A DNA stretch of 64,000 nucleotides, taken from assembly GCF_006345805.1 (NCBI RefSeq), contig NC_043000.1:120590001-120654000 (forward strand). The letters run 5' to 3'. Shown here piece by piece: positions 26,984 through 39,454 of this stretch (the first letter of the stretch is position 1; every line of letters begins with the position of its first letter). The notes below the pieces were generated by a model that saw only the letters and a list, made by a program, of their open reading frames with translations, did no database searches and was not told the origin of the DNA. Origin of the DNA: Octopus sinensis. Lineage: Eukaryota. Made by a program: the position numbers and the translations under genes.

Positions 26984-27630
26984 ATATATATATATCAAAA
27001 TATACATACATACAGACTCACATACACACATATATATGTATTTATGTATGCACTTATGTATGTATATTTGTAATTTCATATGTGTGTATATATGTATGTA
27101 TCAATCTACATATGTATGCATTACGTGTGTATACTTGTGTATTTATGTATTTATTTGTGGAGTAATTTTTAAGAAAATATGAAATAGTTATAATGTCGAA
27201 GATAAATATGGCTGAAAAGTATGTCCAGAGGGAAAAATCAACAACGAACTATTCAGAACTGAGAGAAAGAGATTTATTAGCGAAATAATATACGAAAATA
27301 AGATACGCAATGCTAAAAGAAGATTATAGGGAGTAAAAAACGAAAAGCGAAAGAAGGGAGAAAAATGTGTAAATAGAGAATCAAGGGAAGTTGAGTCGGT
27401 TTTGAGTATGCGTGACTTGATCGAGAGAATATTTAGTGAAGATTCCTTATTTGGACGAAGGAAAGTTATATACAATTGCATAAAGCAGTTTTGTTGTTGT
27501 AAAATGTAAATATTACATATCTTAAACACGCACACACGCACACACACACACACACACAAACACACACATACACATATACACATAGACACGCACTATATTT
27601 GGGTATTACTTGTAATATGACGTTACATTT

Positions 27631-27932
27631 AGGCGGCGAGCTGGCAGAAACGTTAGCACGCCGGGCGAAATGCGTAGCGGTATTTCGTCTGCCGTTACGT
27701 TCTGAGTTCAAATGCCTCCGAGGTCGACTTTACCTTTCATCCTTTCGGGGTCGATTAAATAAGTACCAGTTACGCACTGGAGTCGATATAATCGACTTAA
27801 TCCGTTTGTCTGTCCTTGTTTGTCTTCTCTGTGTTTAGCCCCTTGTGGGTAGTAAAGAAATAGGTATTTCGTCTGCCGCTACGTTCTGAGTTCAAATTCC
27901 GCCGAGGTCGACTTTGCCTTTCATCCTTTCGG
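27631..27932 (+). mobile_element. family M SINE, ~1.4 tandem units
   Basis: aaagaaata|ggtatttcgtctg junction near 27862. Confidence 0.9.
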
Positions 27933-27949
27933 TGCAACTGAAAATAAGA

Positions 27950-28340
27950 TAAATGCATTTGGTACGTGGATCTTTCGTAAATTGAACAGAGTAAGCTGGA
28001 GAGACACCAGAATAGAAGCTGTGAAGAGGTCACGCACAACAGGCAGGGACTACTGATGAAGCTCCGGCAGGTCATCAAGCTATTGATCAGGACCAAAATC
28101 GCAGTCAGAAGAAAACGAACGAAAGCCCAGGCATCCTTTGTTGAGAATCAGCCGAGAAAGCTATCATGTTTTGGACATATTATGCAACACGAATCATTGT
28201 CGAAGACGATTCTCACAGGAAGTGTAAAGAGTGACCGAAGAAGTGTCCGTCAAAGACGTCTGTAGACTAACGTCATCAAAAGTGTATTGGATACAAAAAG
28301 CAAGGCAAACAGAGAGTCTTGACAAGCCAACATCTGGATA
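27950..28340 (+). mobile_element. RTE (BovB-like) LINE 3' remnant
   Basis: RKLSCFGHIMQHESLSKTILTGSVKSDRRSVRQRR, resembling RKL.WFGHV.R.DSLAKTILQG.VEG.RRRGRQRK. Confidence 0.7.
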
Positions 28341-28750
28341 GAGAGCGAATACCTGACTTGTTGAAGTAATAGTGGAGTAGAACCATGGATACGAGTCAAA
28401 TGTAACACTTACCCCCACGCTTCTAATATTAAATCTGTTGCTGACAAATTCGAATGGCAAAGCAGTATAAGATAATTTACTCTCAGGCTTTCCAACAGGT
28501 TTTCATAATACTACATACATTTAGTTTCAGCAGATTTTGTTGAATATATTATATTCCAGGGATACTAATTTACGAAAAAAATTTCCTGCCAGTATAGCAT
28601 AAATGTTTTATCTGTCTAATAAAGATCTTTAGCGAAACTCAATTTCCATATGGAGCGTCAATAATTACTAGCTATACTGAGCTATTAATATAAATATAGT
28701 TATGCTGAACCATTTACATTTAAGAATATTTATTTTTCGACATATATATC

Positions 28751-28787
<37 letters not shown>

Positions 28788-28983
28788 ATACACACACATA
28801 TATACACACACACACACACACATATATTATATATATATATATACGCATATATATATATATACAGACACACATATGTATATATATACATATGTATATGTAT
28901 AATGATGAAAAGGAACACACGCGTTGATATATATGAAAAAACAAGTCAAGGTAGAAAATGCTAAAATAATTTTATAAAGAACA

Positions 28984-29027
28984 TTTCAGTACCGGTTTCA
29001 GTCATTTTGAGACCTTTTCAACTGTAA
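28984..29027 (-). ncRNA. variant minimal hammerhead in a PLE pLTR
   Basis: Minus: ttacag-TTGAAAA-ggtc tcaaaat gact-GAAAC-cg-GTA-ctgaaa. Confidence 0.55.
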
Positions 29028-29176
29028 CGATTAAATAATTAAATTTAGAAAAATTAAAAGAAAGGTTTTTTTAAAAGAATATTTGTATAGTGTTCAAATA
29101 TAAGTGGCATTTTCCTTGTTTCTGCCTTTCTCTGTCTCTCTTGTTTACACTTGTGGGTTCCAGGTCATTGTGAATT

Positions 29177-29473
29177 CTTGGTAGGGAAGAAGAAGAAGAA
29201 GAAGAAGAAGAAGAAGAAGAAGAAGAAGAAGAAGAAGAAGAAGAAGAAGAAGAAGAAGAAGAAGAAGAAGAAGGATGAGGAGAAGGGGAGAAAAATTTGG
29301 GAGTGCCTTGATTGTCGTTCTTTGAGTGGTCAGTGGCGGCTAGCAGTTGCTGTTCAATTCATGAGAATGAAATTGAAAGGTTTGTTTATAGAATTTGCGT
29401 AGGTGTTATACTAAAAAGCATTAGTGATAAAGTTAGGAAGTAGAAGGGGGAGAAGTAGAAGAAGAAGGAGAAG

Positions 29474-29505
<32 letters not shown>

Positions 29506-29660
29506 GATGATGATGATGATGACGATGATGATGATAATGATGATGATGAAGAAGAAGAAGGAGATGATGATGATGGTGATGATGATGACGATGATGATGA
29601 TGATGACGATGATGAAGATGAAGATGAAGAAGGAAAAGAAGAAAGAGAAGGTAGAATATG
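29177..29660. repeat. (AAG)n and (GAT)n trinucleotide tracts
   Basis: About 32 AAG units at 29177-29272; mixed GAA/GAT at 29440-29650. Confidence 0.95.
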
Positions 29661-30280
29661 AATGAGTGGAAGTAGTTGATGTGTTGTTTGACTTAAAGTT
29701 GGCACGTTATGGATTATAGCTGTGATTGGGGCCGATTTTTAATGGATTCTTAGGAATGTAATATTTGCGTGTGTATTTGTGTTATTCTAATGCTGAGGTG
29801 GATATATCGTTTGTCGTAGACCCGTTCAGAAGGGGTCTGTATTTTGTAATAAAGAGAGTTTCTTTACTTATTCGTTGGCTCGAGGTTGTATCGTCCCTGA
29901 ATTGATAGAGGGGGAAAATCCTGAAGTTTGGTGTTTTGTTGTTGGCGCAAATATCTGTGTTGGCTGAATGCTATTTTTCTGTTTTGGGGAATTTTTATCT
30001 GGGATCTGTGCAGGGCCATTCTTTTACGCAACCTATTTTTGTTTGGCCTATGTATTGCTCTTGACACCCAGAGCAGGTTAGTGTGTATATCAGTTCCCCG
30101 AAGCACATGTGAAGTTGCTTTTCACTGTAAACCGTTGTCCCTGTTTGAAGGAGAACTCTGATCCCTCAATTAGATAATCGCATATCCCGCAATTGGGTCT
30201 TCCACATTTTTTTACTGTCGGCTTTTGTGTTTCTACACACTAACATAGGTTTTGGAGTCGTTGTACCTATTCGTTTAGGC

Positions 30281-30690
30281 TTTTATTTGTTTCAGTTAAT
30301 TTACTACGGCCATGATGCAGCACCGCCTTTAGTCGAAGAAATCGAGCCCAGGACTTATTCCTTGTAAGCCTAGTACATATTCCATCGGTTTCTTCTGCCG
30401 AGCCGCTGGGTTACGGGGACGTAGACACACCAAAATCGGTTGTCAAGCGATGGTGGTTGGGACAAACACAGACACGCGAACACAGACACACACACGCACA
30501 CACACACATACACGCAAACACACACACACACATATATATATACGACGGGCTTCTTTCAGTTTCCGTCTACCAAATCCACTCCCAAGGCTTTGGTCGGTCC
30601 GAGGCCATAACGTAGGACAATTGCCTAAGCTGAACCCTTAACCATGTGGCTAGTAAGCAAACTACTTACCACATAGCCACTCCTGCACCC
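30281..30690 (-). mobile_element. family C SINE
   Basis: Colinear with other family C copies. Confidence 0.85.
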
Positions 30691-30974
30691 ATATATGTGA
30701 GTCATAATTTTATAATTACGTGAATGTATTTGTATGTATATAAGTATATATACACATGTATGTGTGTGTAAGTGTGTGTACAGGTATATGTTTTTGCCAG
30801 CTGAATGGATCGAAACGAGTGAAATGAAGTGTCCTGCTCAATGACGCAACTCTCAACCGGGAATCGAACTCACGACCTTACGATCATGAGCTGAATGCTC
30901 TAAGCACTGTGCCACGCGCCTTCACTTTTGTATAACACACCAGACACTAGCATACACGTACATAGTACATATAT

Positions 30975-31289
30975 GCGAACCAGAAAAAGAAAGGAAAAAA
31001 AGAGAGTCCCTTACTGTAATGTGTTTTTTGCATGACATTATTGCCCGAGGTTACCATGGTCTTTTCCGTAGGCTTTTCTTTCCACAGATAAACCTCATCT
31101 GTTTCCCGTTTTACACTATTACATTTCTGTGATATATGATCTCTATTGATCGGATTCCCCACCGTTCTTTTTCACGATCCCTTTTGATCAAAATTTTAAC
31201 ACCGCTTATTTTCCTTCCATCCCCAAAAGAAAAGCTCTGCTTTGTATTTTGTCCCCTCTGTGTTCAGCCCTGTGTGGCCAATAAAGAAA
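30975..31289 (+). mobile_element. Tx1-like LINE 3' UTR fragment
   Basis: Homologous to ~46760-47103; ends ccaataaagaaa directly before (ATCT)n. Confidence 0.85.
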
Positions 31290-31291
31290 CA

Positions 31292-31398
<107 letters not shown>

Positions 31399-32559
31399 AG
31401 AAGAGTCTCGTAGTATGTATGGTTCCATTATCTGTGAAAATATGATGTCAGATTATGTGTACATGAATGAATAGAACTTTAGTTTCTTTTTATATCGGTA
31501 TGAGTATATCTGAGCTGCTGTGTTTGTATGCATATAAGCTTGAATATGTTAGGATATGGTTCAAAATTGTACAAAAAAAAAAAGAGACAGAGACAAGTAG
31601 ATGAAAAATAAACAAGGTATATTTGTTTGACGCTCAGGAAAGATGAAAAAAATATCTTCGACGTTTCAAACCTATGCTCTTCTAGAGAGAGGAAACAGAT
31701 GAAGAGAGGAAAAATCGGAGAGAGGGAGAGAGAAAAGAGAGAAAAACATAAGTGTCTGGATTAACGGTTGAAGATATTGGATATGTATGGATTTATTTGT
31801 GGTTTTTTATTAACCTCCCAGCACTAGCGTCCATGTTTGTAGCTAGTCACATACTTCTGTTTGGTGACGGTATCGTAGTTTTAGTAATGTCTCACTTGTC
31901 AACGAGCGTATATATCTGTAATACTGCAGCAACACTTGTAAGAATACAGTTTATTAAGTATATCTAACTTGATTTTTTCGTTTATAATCATTATACGTAA
32001 ACTGTGGATATTACAGTCTCTACATCATCCTCATAGAATCACGAGAATATTGACACGAACTCACTTTCTAAGTGAATCTAGGAGTGTAATGCCTCATAGA
32101 GAATTCTAAATAAATGTTTACATGCTCTGTGTATCGGCAAATAGTCACTAAGTTATCTCTGTGTGAAGGTTTGTACACACACACACACACACACACGCAT
32201 ACACACACATGTCGCACACACATGTTATTCTGTTGATAAGCACATAGGTTTCTTCTCTAATGTTAAACACGTTAAACGTTAAACTACCACCGTCGCTTGC
32301 ACACACAGGCTGTCTGTATTTCTTTCACAATTGTCTGATGATATGTTTGCTCCATGCTGAACCTATAAGCTGCATCTACTGGTTGCTTTCATTGTGTGGT
32401 GACACCATGTGTTGTCGAATGCTGAATCGTGTAACAATTGGAAATTTCGGAATATCAAGATTGCCCATGTTCCTTTCTCTTACTATGCATATACATGTAC
32501 ACACACACACACACATGCACACAAACACACACACACATTATGCATATGTGTATTTTTAG

Positions 32560-33890
32560 TGCAATTTAAACTGCTTTGAGTCTGATTGTTATCGGTTGGG
32601 GCGCTTATATTACTATTAATGTGGAATTTCTGTTACGGGTTGATAGATTTTGTGTTTCCATACAAATGGTGCGGATTTCGTCTAATATTCAATCGAGTAC
32701 CTGATGTTTTCTTTATGACTACTGCTACTGCAAATTCACTTTTGGCTTAAGGATATATTGTAGATAGACAGAAATTTCTGAGGTCCATAATTTTATCTGA
32801 GAGTTACAGTCTCTGAGTATAGACTCCCTGTTAAAAGTTCCATCTCTAGGTATCGTTAACATTTTTCTTCAAATAGCGAAGAAATATTCAAGTTATTGTT
32901 GTGTCTTGGAAGGGTCATTAGAAATTAAAATAAACACATGCACTGGTTCAATACTGCTTCTTTATTTTCCCAACAAGCTATTCAAAGATTTGTTTCATGT
33001 GTTGACTGAACGCTTAATCGACTGTAAGTTCTCTCTGTCAGAGTCCTTTTGTCGCTATTTGCAACCTCATTAAAAGTCAGGCCATTGATACGGAATAATT
33101 AAAAATTAGCTCATAGTTTTCTGTTAATTTTGAAATAAGGTGGAAAACACCTACTGTGGTGAAGCACCATCTTTATGACATTTGAAACTGTCGATACAAA
33201 GTCCAGGCCCCTTATATCATCAGTATTCTTGGCATATATTTCAGGTAATCCACAAAATGTTATGTGTTAGGTTACATATAAACAGCATCAATCACTCTTA
33301 CAATATGCTTCCCTATTGGGGAAAACCCGTTGAGCTCTTGCTTTCAACTTCAAAATAGTAACACTAGATGAAACCTATTTTTTGTGTCACCCATTATGTT
33401 CTCTGGAAATTTAGCAACTCAGATAACCTCTAGCATTCACGCATGGGATTTAGAACTGCATGCTTTCTTATACTCGCGTCAGCCTATAACCGATTTCCGC
33501 GCATGTCACTGCACTTTTGGTGTCCACAGTTTTGTTAATTACAAAATGTTCGAACCAACTTGAACATTTTCCTCCCAATTTAAGTGTTTGCTTGTCACAT
33601 CATGACTATCTTAATATCCAAGGAAGAGTCGTTCAGGAGACGCTGTATGTAATTTATACGTTAAATTCTTGACCTGTAATTTGCTATTGGTTTTTCGCCA
33701 TTTTCATGGATTCCTTCGATATTGAATTAGTTTCCACCCACCCCAGCCAGTTCTTACCTCCAACGATTGCTTGTTTGCAAAAGGTCGATTACATAATCCA
33801 ATAGAATTTAAGTGTTTTCTTTTGTACTGGTATCTGACAATCAAGTCCTCTCTTGGGCTTTACTATCCTGAGAATTTTCTCGGTCTTAAT
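32560..33890 (-). mobile_element. decayed Penelope-like reverse transcriptase remnant
   Basis: Broken minus-strand peptides YIQRLLNDSS, YFEVE (NYFEF-like), VFILISN (YIDDIF region) and LEME, in PLE RT order. Confidence 0.45.
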
Positions 33891-33904
33891 GTGTTATATA
33901 CTCA

Positions 33905-34480
33905 AGTACGTATGCATCTACGTATGTATGCATGACTGCATGTATGAGCTCATGCATGTATGTATATATGTGAGTATGAATGGATGGATGTATGCATGTA
34001 TGTATGCCTGCATATATGCATATATGTATGAATGTTAGTATGTGATCCTGCATATATGTATGTATGCATGTATGAATGGTTGTATGCATCCTGTAAGCAT
34101 GTATATATCTATATGCATACATGTATGTATATATGCAAGCTGCATGTATGTATGTTTGTATGCGTGTATGTATGCATGTATGTATGCATGTATGTGAGCC
34201 AGCGTATATGTATGTATGTATGAATGGCTGCATGCATCCTGTAAGCATGTATATATCTATATGCAAATGTGTATGTATGCATGTATGTATGTATATATGC
34301 ATGTTGCATGCATGTATATATATATATATATATATATGTATGCTTGCATACACGTAAGTATGCCAGCATGTATGTATGTTTGTATGCTTGCATGTATGGA
34401 TGTATGTATGCATGCAGGTGTTTATGTATGTAGGTCTGTATATAGGCAAGCATGAATGTCTATGTATGTATGAATACATA
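33905..34480. repeat. degenerate (TGTA/TGCA)n satellite with a ~150-bp higher-order duplication
   Basis: atgcatcctgtaagcatgtatatatctatatgca occurs at ~34084 and ~34232. Confidence 0.8.
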
Positions 34481-34593
34481 TTTGAACGTAGGTGTGTGTA
34501 TGTTTCAATTTATCTATCTACCTTCATACATACAGACACACACACACCCACGGATACTCACCCACCCACCCACGCGCATACCCACCCCTGCGT

Positions 34594-34649
<56 letters not shown>

Positions 34650-36083
34650 TCTTATATATATATATTCTTATAAGTAATAGATTTTAAAGACGTGTTATTA
34701 AAAAGCCGCTTTTGCTTCAATATTAAGTATTTTATTAAGGATTGTTCATACATGTTTATTACTCCTTCGGAAACGTAAATCAACATTCAAAGAACACCAG
34801 CATTCCAGCTTTATTTTCTGTTTGTTATTTACTTTATTTTAAATTCTGGTCTGCTTCATGGGCTGTTTGTATATCGCTTTTCATTTCGCCAGGATTTAAT
34901 ATGTTAAGATATATTAAATTTTCTTACCGTTGGCATCATACCTCTTTCTGCAGTTGCGGTTTTGTTGGACCGTTAATGTTTGGTACCAGTTTGTTATTAC
35001 AATGAACTTGTATTTATATAATGAGTTTTGTGTTAAAGTCTCTTTTACATGGGATGGTTGGATTTTCTGTTGGTTATCTTCTGTCTAGTTATTTTCAAGT
35101 CATAGAATTTTCTCCATGGCATTTGCACGTTTTGTAAAATCCATATCTGCAAGTGAAAAGGCGCAGTAGAATCATGACAATCACAAATATCTAGTTTACA
35201 GTTATTTATTTATTTGATATTTTTCATATACACGTGGTAAACAGGTTTGTAGTCCGACAGTCTATTATTGATGGCTAACTTGCTGCTCTTTTTCTAGTGA
35301 TATATTTCTAACGAAGCATCTATAATCGGCGTGTAAATCACATTATGTTCTGTAAAATGAATCAACGTACACACTCGCACATACTCTTTAAATGTGTGTA
35401 TGTACACAGATTATATAGATAACAGAAACGCAGATAATGCATGATTATTAAAGTTTCTGTGTGTTTGTGCTTGTATATGTGTGTGTTTTTGTGTCTGTGT
35501 TTGTCCCCTTCGCTGCTTGACAACCGGTGTTGCTGTGTTTACGTTCCAGTAGCATAGCGGTTCGATAAAAAAGCCCGATAGAATAAGTATCAAGCTTTAA
35601 AAAAACACACCTGTGCTGGGGTCGATTCGGTCCATTAAAATATCAGACGGCTGTGCTCCAGCATGGCCGTAGTTCCATAACTCAAATAAGTAAAAGAAAG
35701 ACGATTAGAAGATATACTGCATCAGCTATTGCTGAAGGAGCTTCAGTCTCGATTTTAATGTTGTTGTCTGAATATGAGGTATATTGTAACCTTCGGCAAG
35801 ACATTTGATTTCAGTTTGTGCTGAATGATAAGATAACGTAAGAAGTCAGAAACAAACAGAGAGAAGGCCAAGACAGCACGGTAACATCAAATACTCAGAA
35901 GCACTTAAACAAGTTGTCTAGCTTTATTTCAGTATATGGCAAACGTTATGTCTATTATGAAACACGCAAACACGCACAGGTGTGCACTCAGACACGCACG
36001 TACGCACATACACTCAAACACATACACACATATGTTTACTGCACATATAGACATATTCAGATATACATATGTCTATATGAATG

Positions 36084-36145
<62 letters not shown>

Positions 36146-36163
36146 TAGATAGATAGATAGATA

Positions 36164-36294
36164 CTGGTTTCCCCCAAAAGATGTACTCATTCTTTGACTT
36201 CCCATTAGTCATGCATTTTGTGTTCAAGTAGATGTTTATTGATATACATACAATCGTCTGTCAAAGGGTGAGTACATCTTTTTGGGACACCCTC
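36164..36294. mobile_element. Tc1/mariner-type MITE
   Basis: TIRs cccaaaagatgtactca.tctttgac / gtcaaagggtgagtacatctttttggg. Confidence 0.7.
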
Positions 36295-36310
36295 TCTCTC
36301 TCTCTCTCTC

Positions 36311-36368
<58 letters not shown>

Positions 36369-36521
36369 AATCTATCTACCTACCAACCTATCTATCTATC
36401 TGTCTGACTGTCTGTCTATCTGTGTGTTTGTCTCTCTCTCTCTCTATATATATATATTATACACACACACAAGTAATGAAATTTATCAGTAATTTGTGAT
36501 TTGTACGCAACAACTATATGT

Positions 36522-36588
<67 letters not shown>

Positions 36589-36589
36589 T

Positions 36590-37635
36590 AATTGGTTTTT
36601 TTTCAGAATGAGATAAAAAATCCAAGGCTGTGAAGATTATATATATATAATAGAAATATGTTACAAAAATAAAATAGAAACTACACGTGGAAATGGAGGG
36701 GGAAAGTAAGAAGAAAAATAAGCGAAAATGTACATTGAAAATGCACAAGAAAAGTAAAGTTTTTTATGAAAAGTAACAATAGATATATACAATTAGATGA
36801 ACTGAGGTAGGAATAAAAGTAATAAAAGTTATTATTGTGAATTGTTGAAGAGATTCAAAAGCATATCGGTTTCATAAAATTACTGATCACTGCTTTAAAA
36901 ACACATCGATTACCGAACAGTATCGGGTTTACTAGTCCCTGAGTAAAAAGATTACGTGTAAGGGAGGTAATCAGTTCTAGATTTGGCGCAATTAGGGTAG
37001 ATATAGATCTGTAATGTGAATGGTGTATAGGATGCATGGGTGGTATTAATTCAAAGGTTAGTAGTGTTCTACATTAAGCTATGTGTTCATACTGAGTTAT
37101 GGAAGATATTTATTAATGAAAGTTGCCTCTTTATTCATTCTTTCTTGTAGTGAGGTGTTCTGTGAACATCGATAGAAAAGGAAAATTAGGAAATTAGGAT
37201 TAAGTTTCGTAGCACACCATTTTATGTGTTCTCTGACGTGTATCTGTCTGTATTTTCGGTGGTGGATGTGTTCTTTGTTGAGAGTGCTTCTGCGACGGAA
37301 TGATATTCTTGTTTGGCCAATATAATGATTACCATACCCTAAGCATATAATGGCATAGATTAGATTTTCCGAGGCACAGGTGAAAATTGATTTAATCTTT
37401 AATATTTCTCCTTGTTTAAAGTGGAACTCTGAACCCTCCAAAAGGTGGGCATGTACCACAGTTTGGTCGACCACATTTTTTCACTATTGGTTCCATTGTT
37501 AATGGATATAGTCTTGCGCTGGTTAAAATATTTTTCAATGATTTAGGTTGCATTTTGCTTTTGATAATTTTGTGGAAGCCTAAAATTTTGTTCATTGTTT
37601 TATCTCCAGTGAGGATGGGTAGATTTTGGATGATA
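36590..37635 (-). mobile_element. Penelope-like element 3' part: GIY-YIG endonuclease plus pLTR
   Basis: ORFs 37416..37640 (KCGRPNCGTCP Zn motif) and 37097..37474 (NLIYAIICLGYGNHYIGQT...R..EH...KEATFINKY). Confidence 0.88.
36858..36896 (-). ncRNA. decayed minimal hammerhead in a PLE pLTR
   Basis: Minus: aaagca-GTGATCA-gtaattttat-GAAAC-cg-ATA-tgcttt; perfect 6-bp stem I, three substitutions from consensus. Confidence 0.5.
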
Positions 37636-38016
37636 TGCATCTATCTATCTATCTATCTATCTACATATCTATCTTTCAACCTCTTCCTCTCTCTCTACAA
37701 GCACACACACATACACACATGTATGAATATATTATCAAGGTTTTTATAGAAATAATAAAAATAAGTGCACATATTTTTATGTATAATCATATCATATATA
37801 CTTGTGTGTGTGTGTATGTGTGTATGTGTTGTGCTGCGTGTGAGTTTCTACACACATATATCTATCCATACTTATGAAGATAGATATTTAAAGCCGCGTT
37901 CATACACTGACACATCTACATGAATCACGGTAAATATATAGGTATACATCTACTTATTACACATATGTTTAGATGTATATATAGTTGGGTGTATATATCT
38001 ATATATGCTGCAGAAC

Positions 38017-38071
<55 letters not shown>

Positions 38072-38284
38072 CATCTAGATTACATATATAATGTATACAC
38101 ACATATGCATACATATATATTGCGTATACAGCCATATATGTATTTTTGTACACACGCATGTTTACACACACATATATGTATGTTTGCATATAAGTTGTAA
38201 AACTGTATACGTATAAGTATATACACGCCTTGTTACTGTGAATATCTACATTCGTGTATCTGTTTGTGTACGTGTGTGTACACG

Positions 38285-38319
<35 letters not shown>

Positions 38320-38916
38320 GTGATTGTGTTTGTGTATGCGTCTTGCAAGTGGGATATACGTTCGTGCTTCACCTAAATTTTCCTTCTGTCTCTTGCCAGA
38401 ATAAAAACCTATTAGAATTCAATATTAATATTAGATTCTTTAGAATTGCGATTCTTCATAGAGAATTTCGTAATTATGGCATTTCTTTTGATATTTGTCG
38501 ATTTTAGCACCCAGTCCAATTCAGCAAATATCGTTTGATGTTCTCCCCCCTCTTAACTGATGATACACTTTATGAGTTTTAATTTTGACGCCTAAGGTTA
38601 AAACGCTGTAACCTAAAACGTTTTCATTTCAATAGCAATTAATGAATTATTTTTCACCTAGAATACAACAATTCTGTAGAATTAAGCATAATAGCTCTAC
38701 ATTAAATTTGTAATTGCTCGGTAAGCTGGTAGAAACGTTAGCAGATCGGACAAACAAGCTTAGCGGCATTGCTTCCGCCTCTTTATGTTAAGAGTTCAAT
38801 TTCACCTGAGATCGACTTTTTATTTCGTAGTTTGGGGGCTGATGCAGCAATATACCGGCGGAGAACTGTTTAATTGACAGATTCCTTCAAATTAGAAGTG
38901 AATATTATTGTTGCTG

Positions 38917-39355
38917 AGGCGACCAACTGGGAGAGTAATTAGCACGTTGCTCAAAATGCTTCGCAGTATAACATCCAGCGGCGAGCTGGCAGAATCGTTA
39001 GCACGCCAGGCGAAATGCTTAGCAGTATTTCGTCTGCCGCTACGTTCTGAGTTCAAATTCCGCCGAGGTTGACTTTGCCTTTCACCTTTTCGGGGGTCGA
39101 TTAAATAAGTACCAGTTACGCACTGGGGTCGACGTAATCGACTTAATCCGTTTATCTGTCCTTGTTTGTCCTCTCAGTGTTAAGCCCCTTGTGGGTAGTA
39201 AAGAAATAAGCATTACATCCAGCTCTTTAGTTTTAGAGTTCGAATTCACTTGATGTTGGCTGTGTCTTTCATCTTTTTGGGGTCGATAAAATAAAGAATA
39301 TATAATCGATAAATTCCTTTCCTTAAAATTTCTGGTCTTCTGTTAGAATTTGAAA
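38917..39355 (+). mobile_element. young family M SINE (~38980-39208) nested inside an old family M copy
   Basis: TSD agtataacatccagc / agcattacatccagc (38965-38979, 39209-39223); host head upstream, host Meta domain downstream. Confidence 0.8.
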
Positions 39356-39454
39356 CGAATGTTACTGCTGTTACCATTGAGGTTTTTTGTCGTTAGCAAT
39401 GAAAACAAGTAGCTGACATAGTTCCATAGGAGAAGTGGATTTACTACGTTTAAT

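Larger units (their letters stand above)
28900..30278 (-). mobile_element. Penelope-like element 3' part: GIY-YIG endonuclease, 3' UTR and pLTR
   Basis: Frameshifted EFSFKQGQRFTVKSNFTCAS..LIYTLTCSGCQEQYIGQTKNRLRKRMALHRSQ at ~29820-30180, followed by (CTT)n/(CAT)n tracts and a hammerhead-like motif. Confidence 0.8.

Noticed and set aside
31655-31692. Hammerhead-like gagc atag gttt-GAAACGTC on the minus strand, downstream of the PLE RT remnant
   Set aside because: The CTGANGA core is not recoverable and stem I is weak; plausible decayed pLTR motif but not counted.
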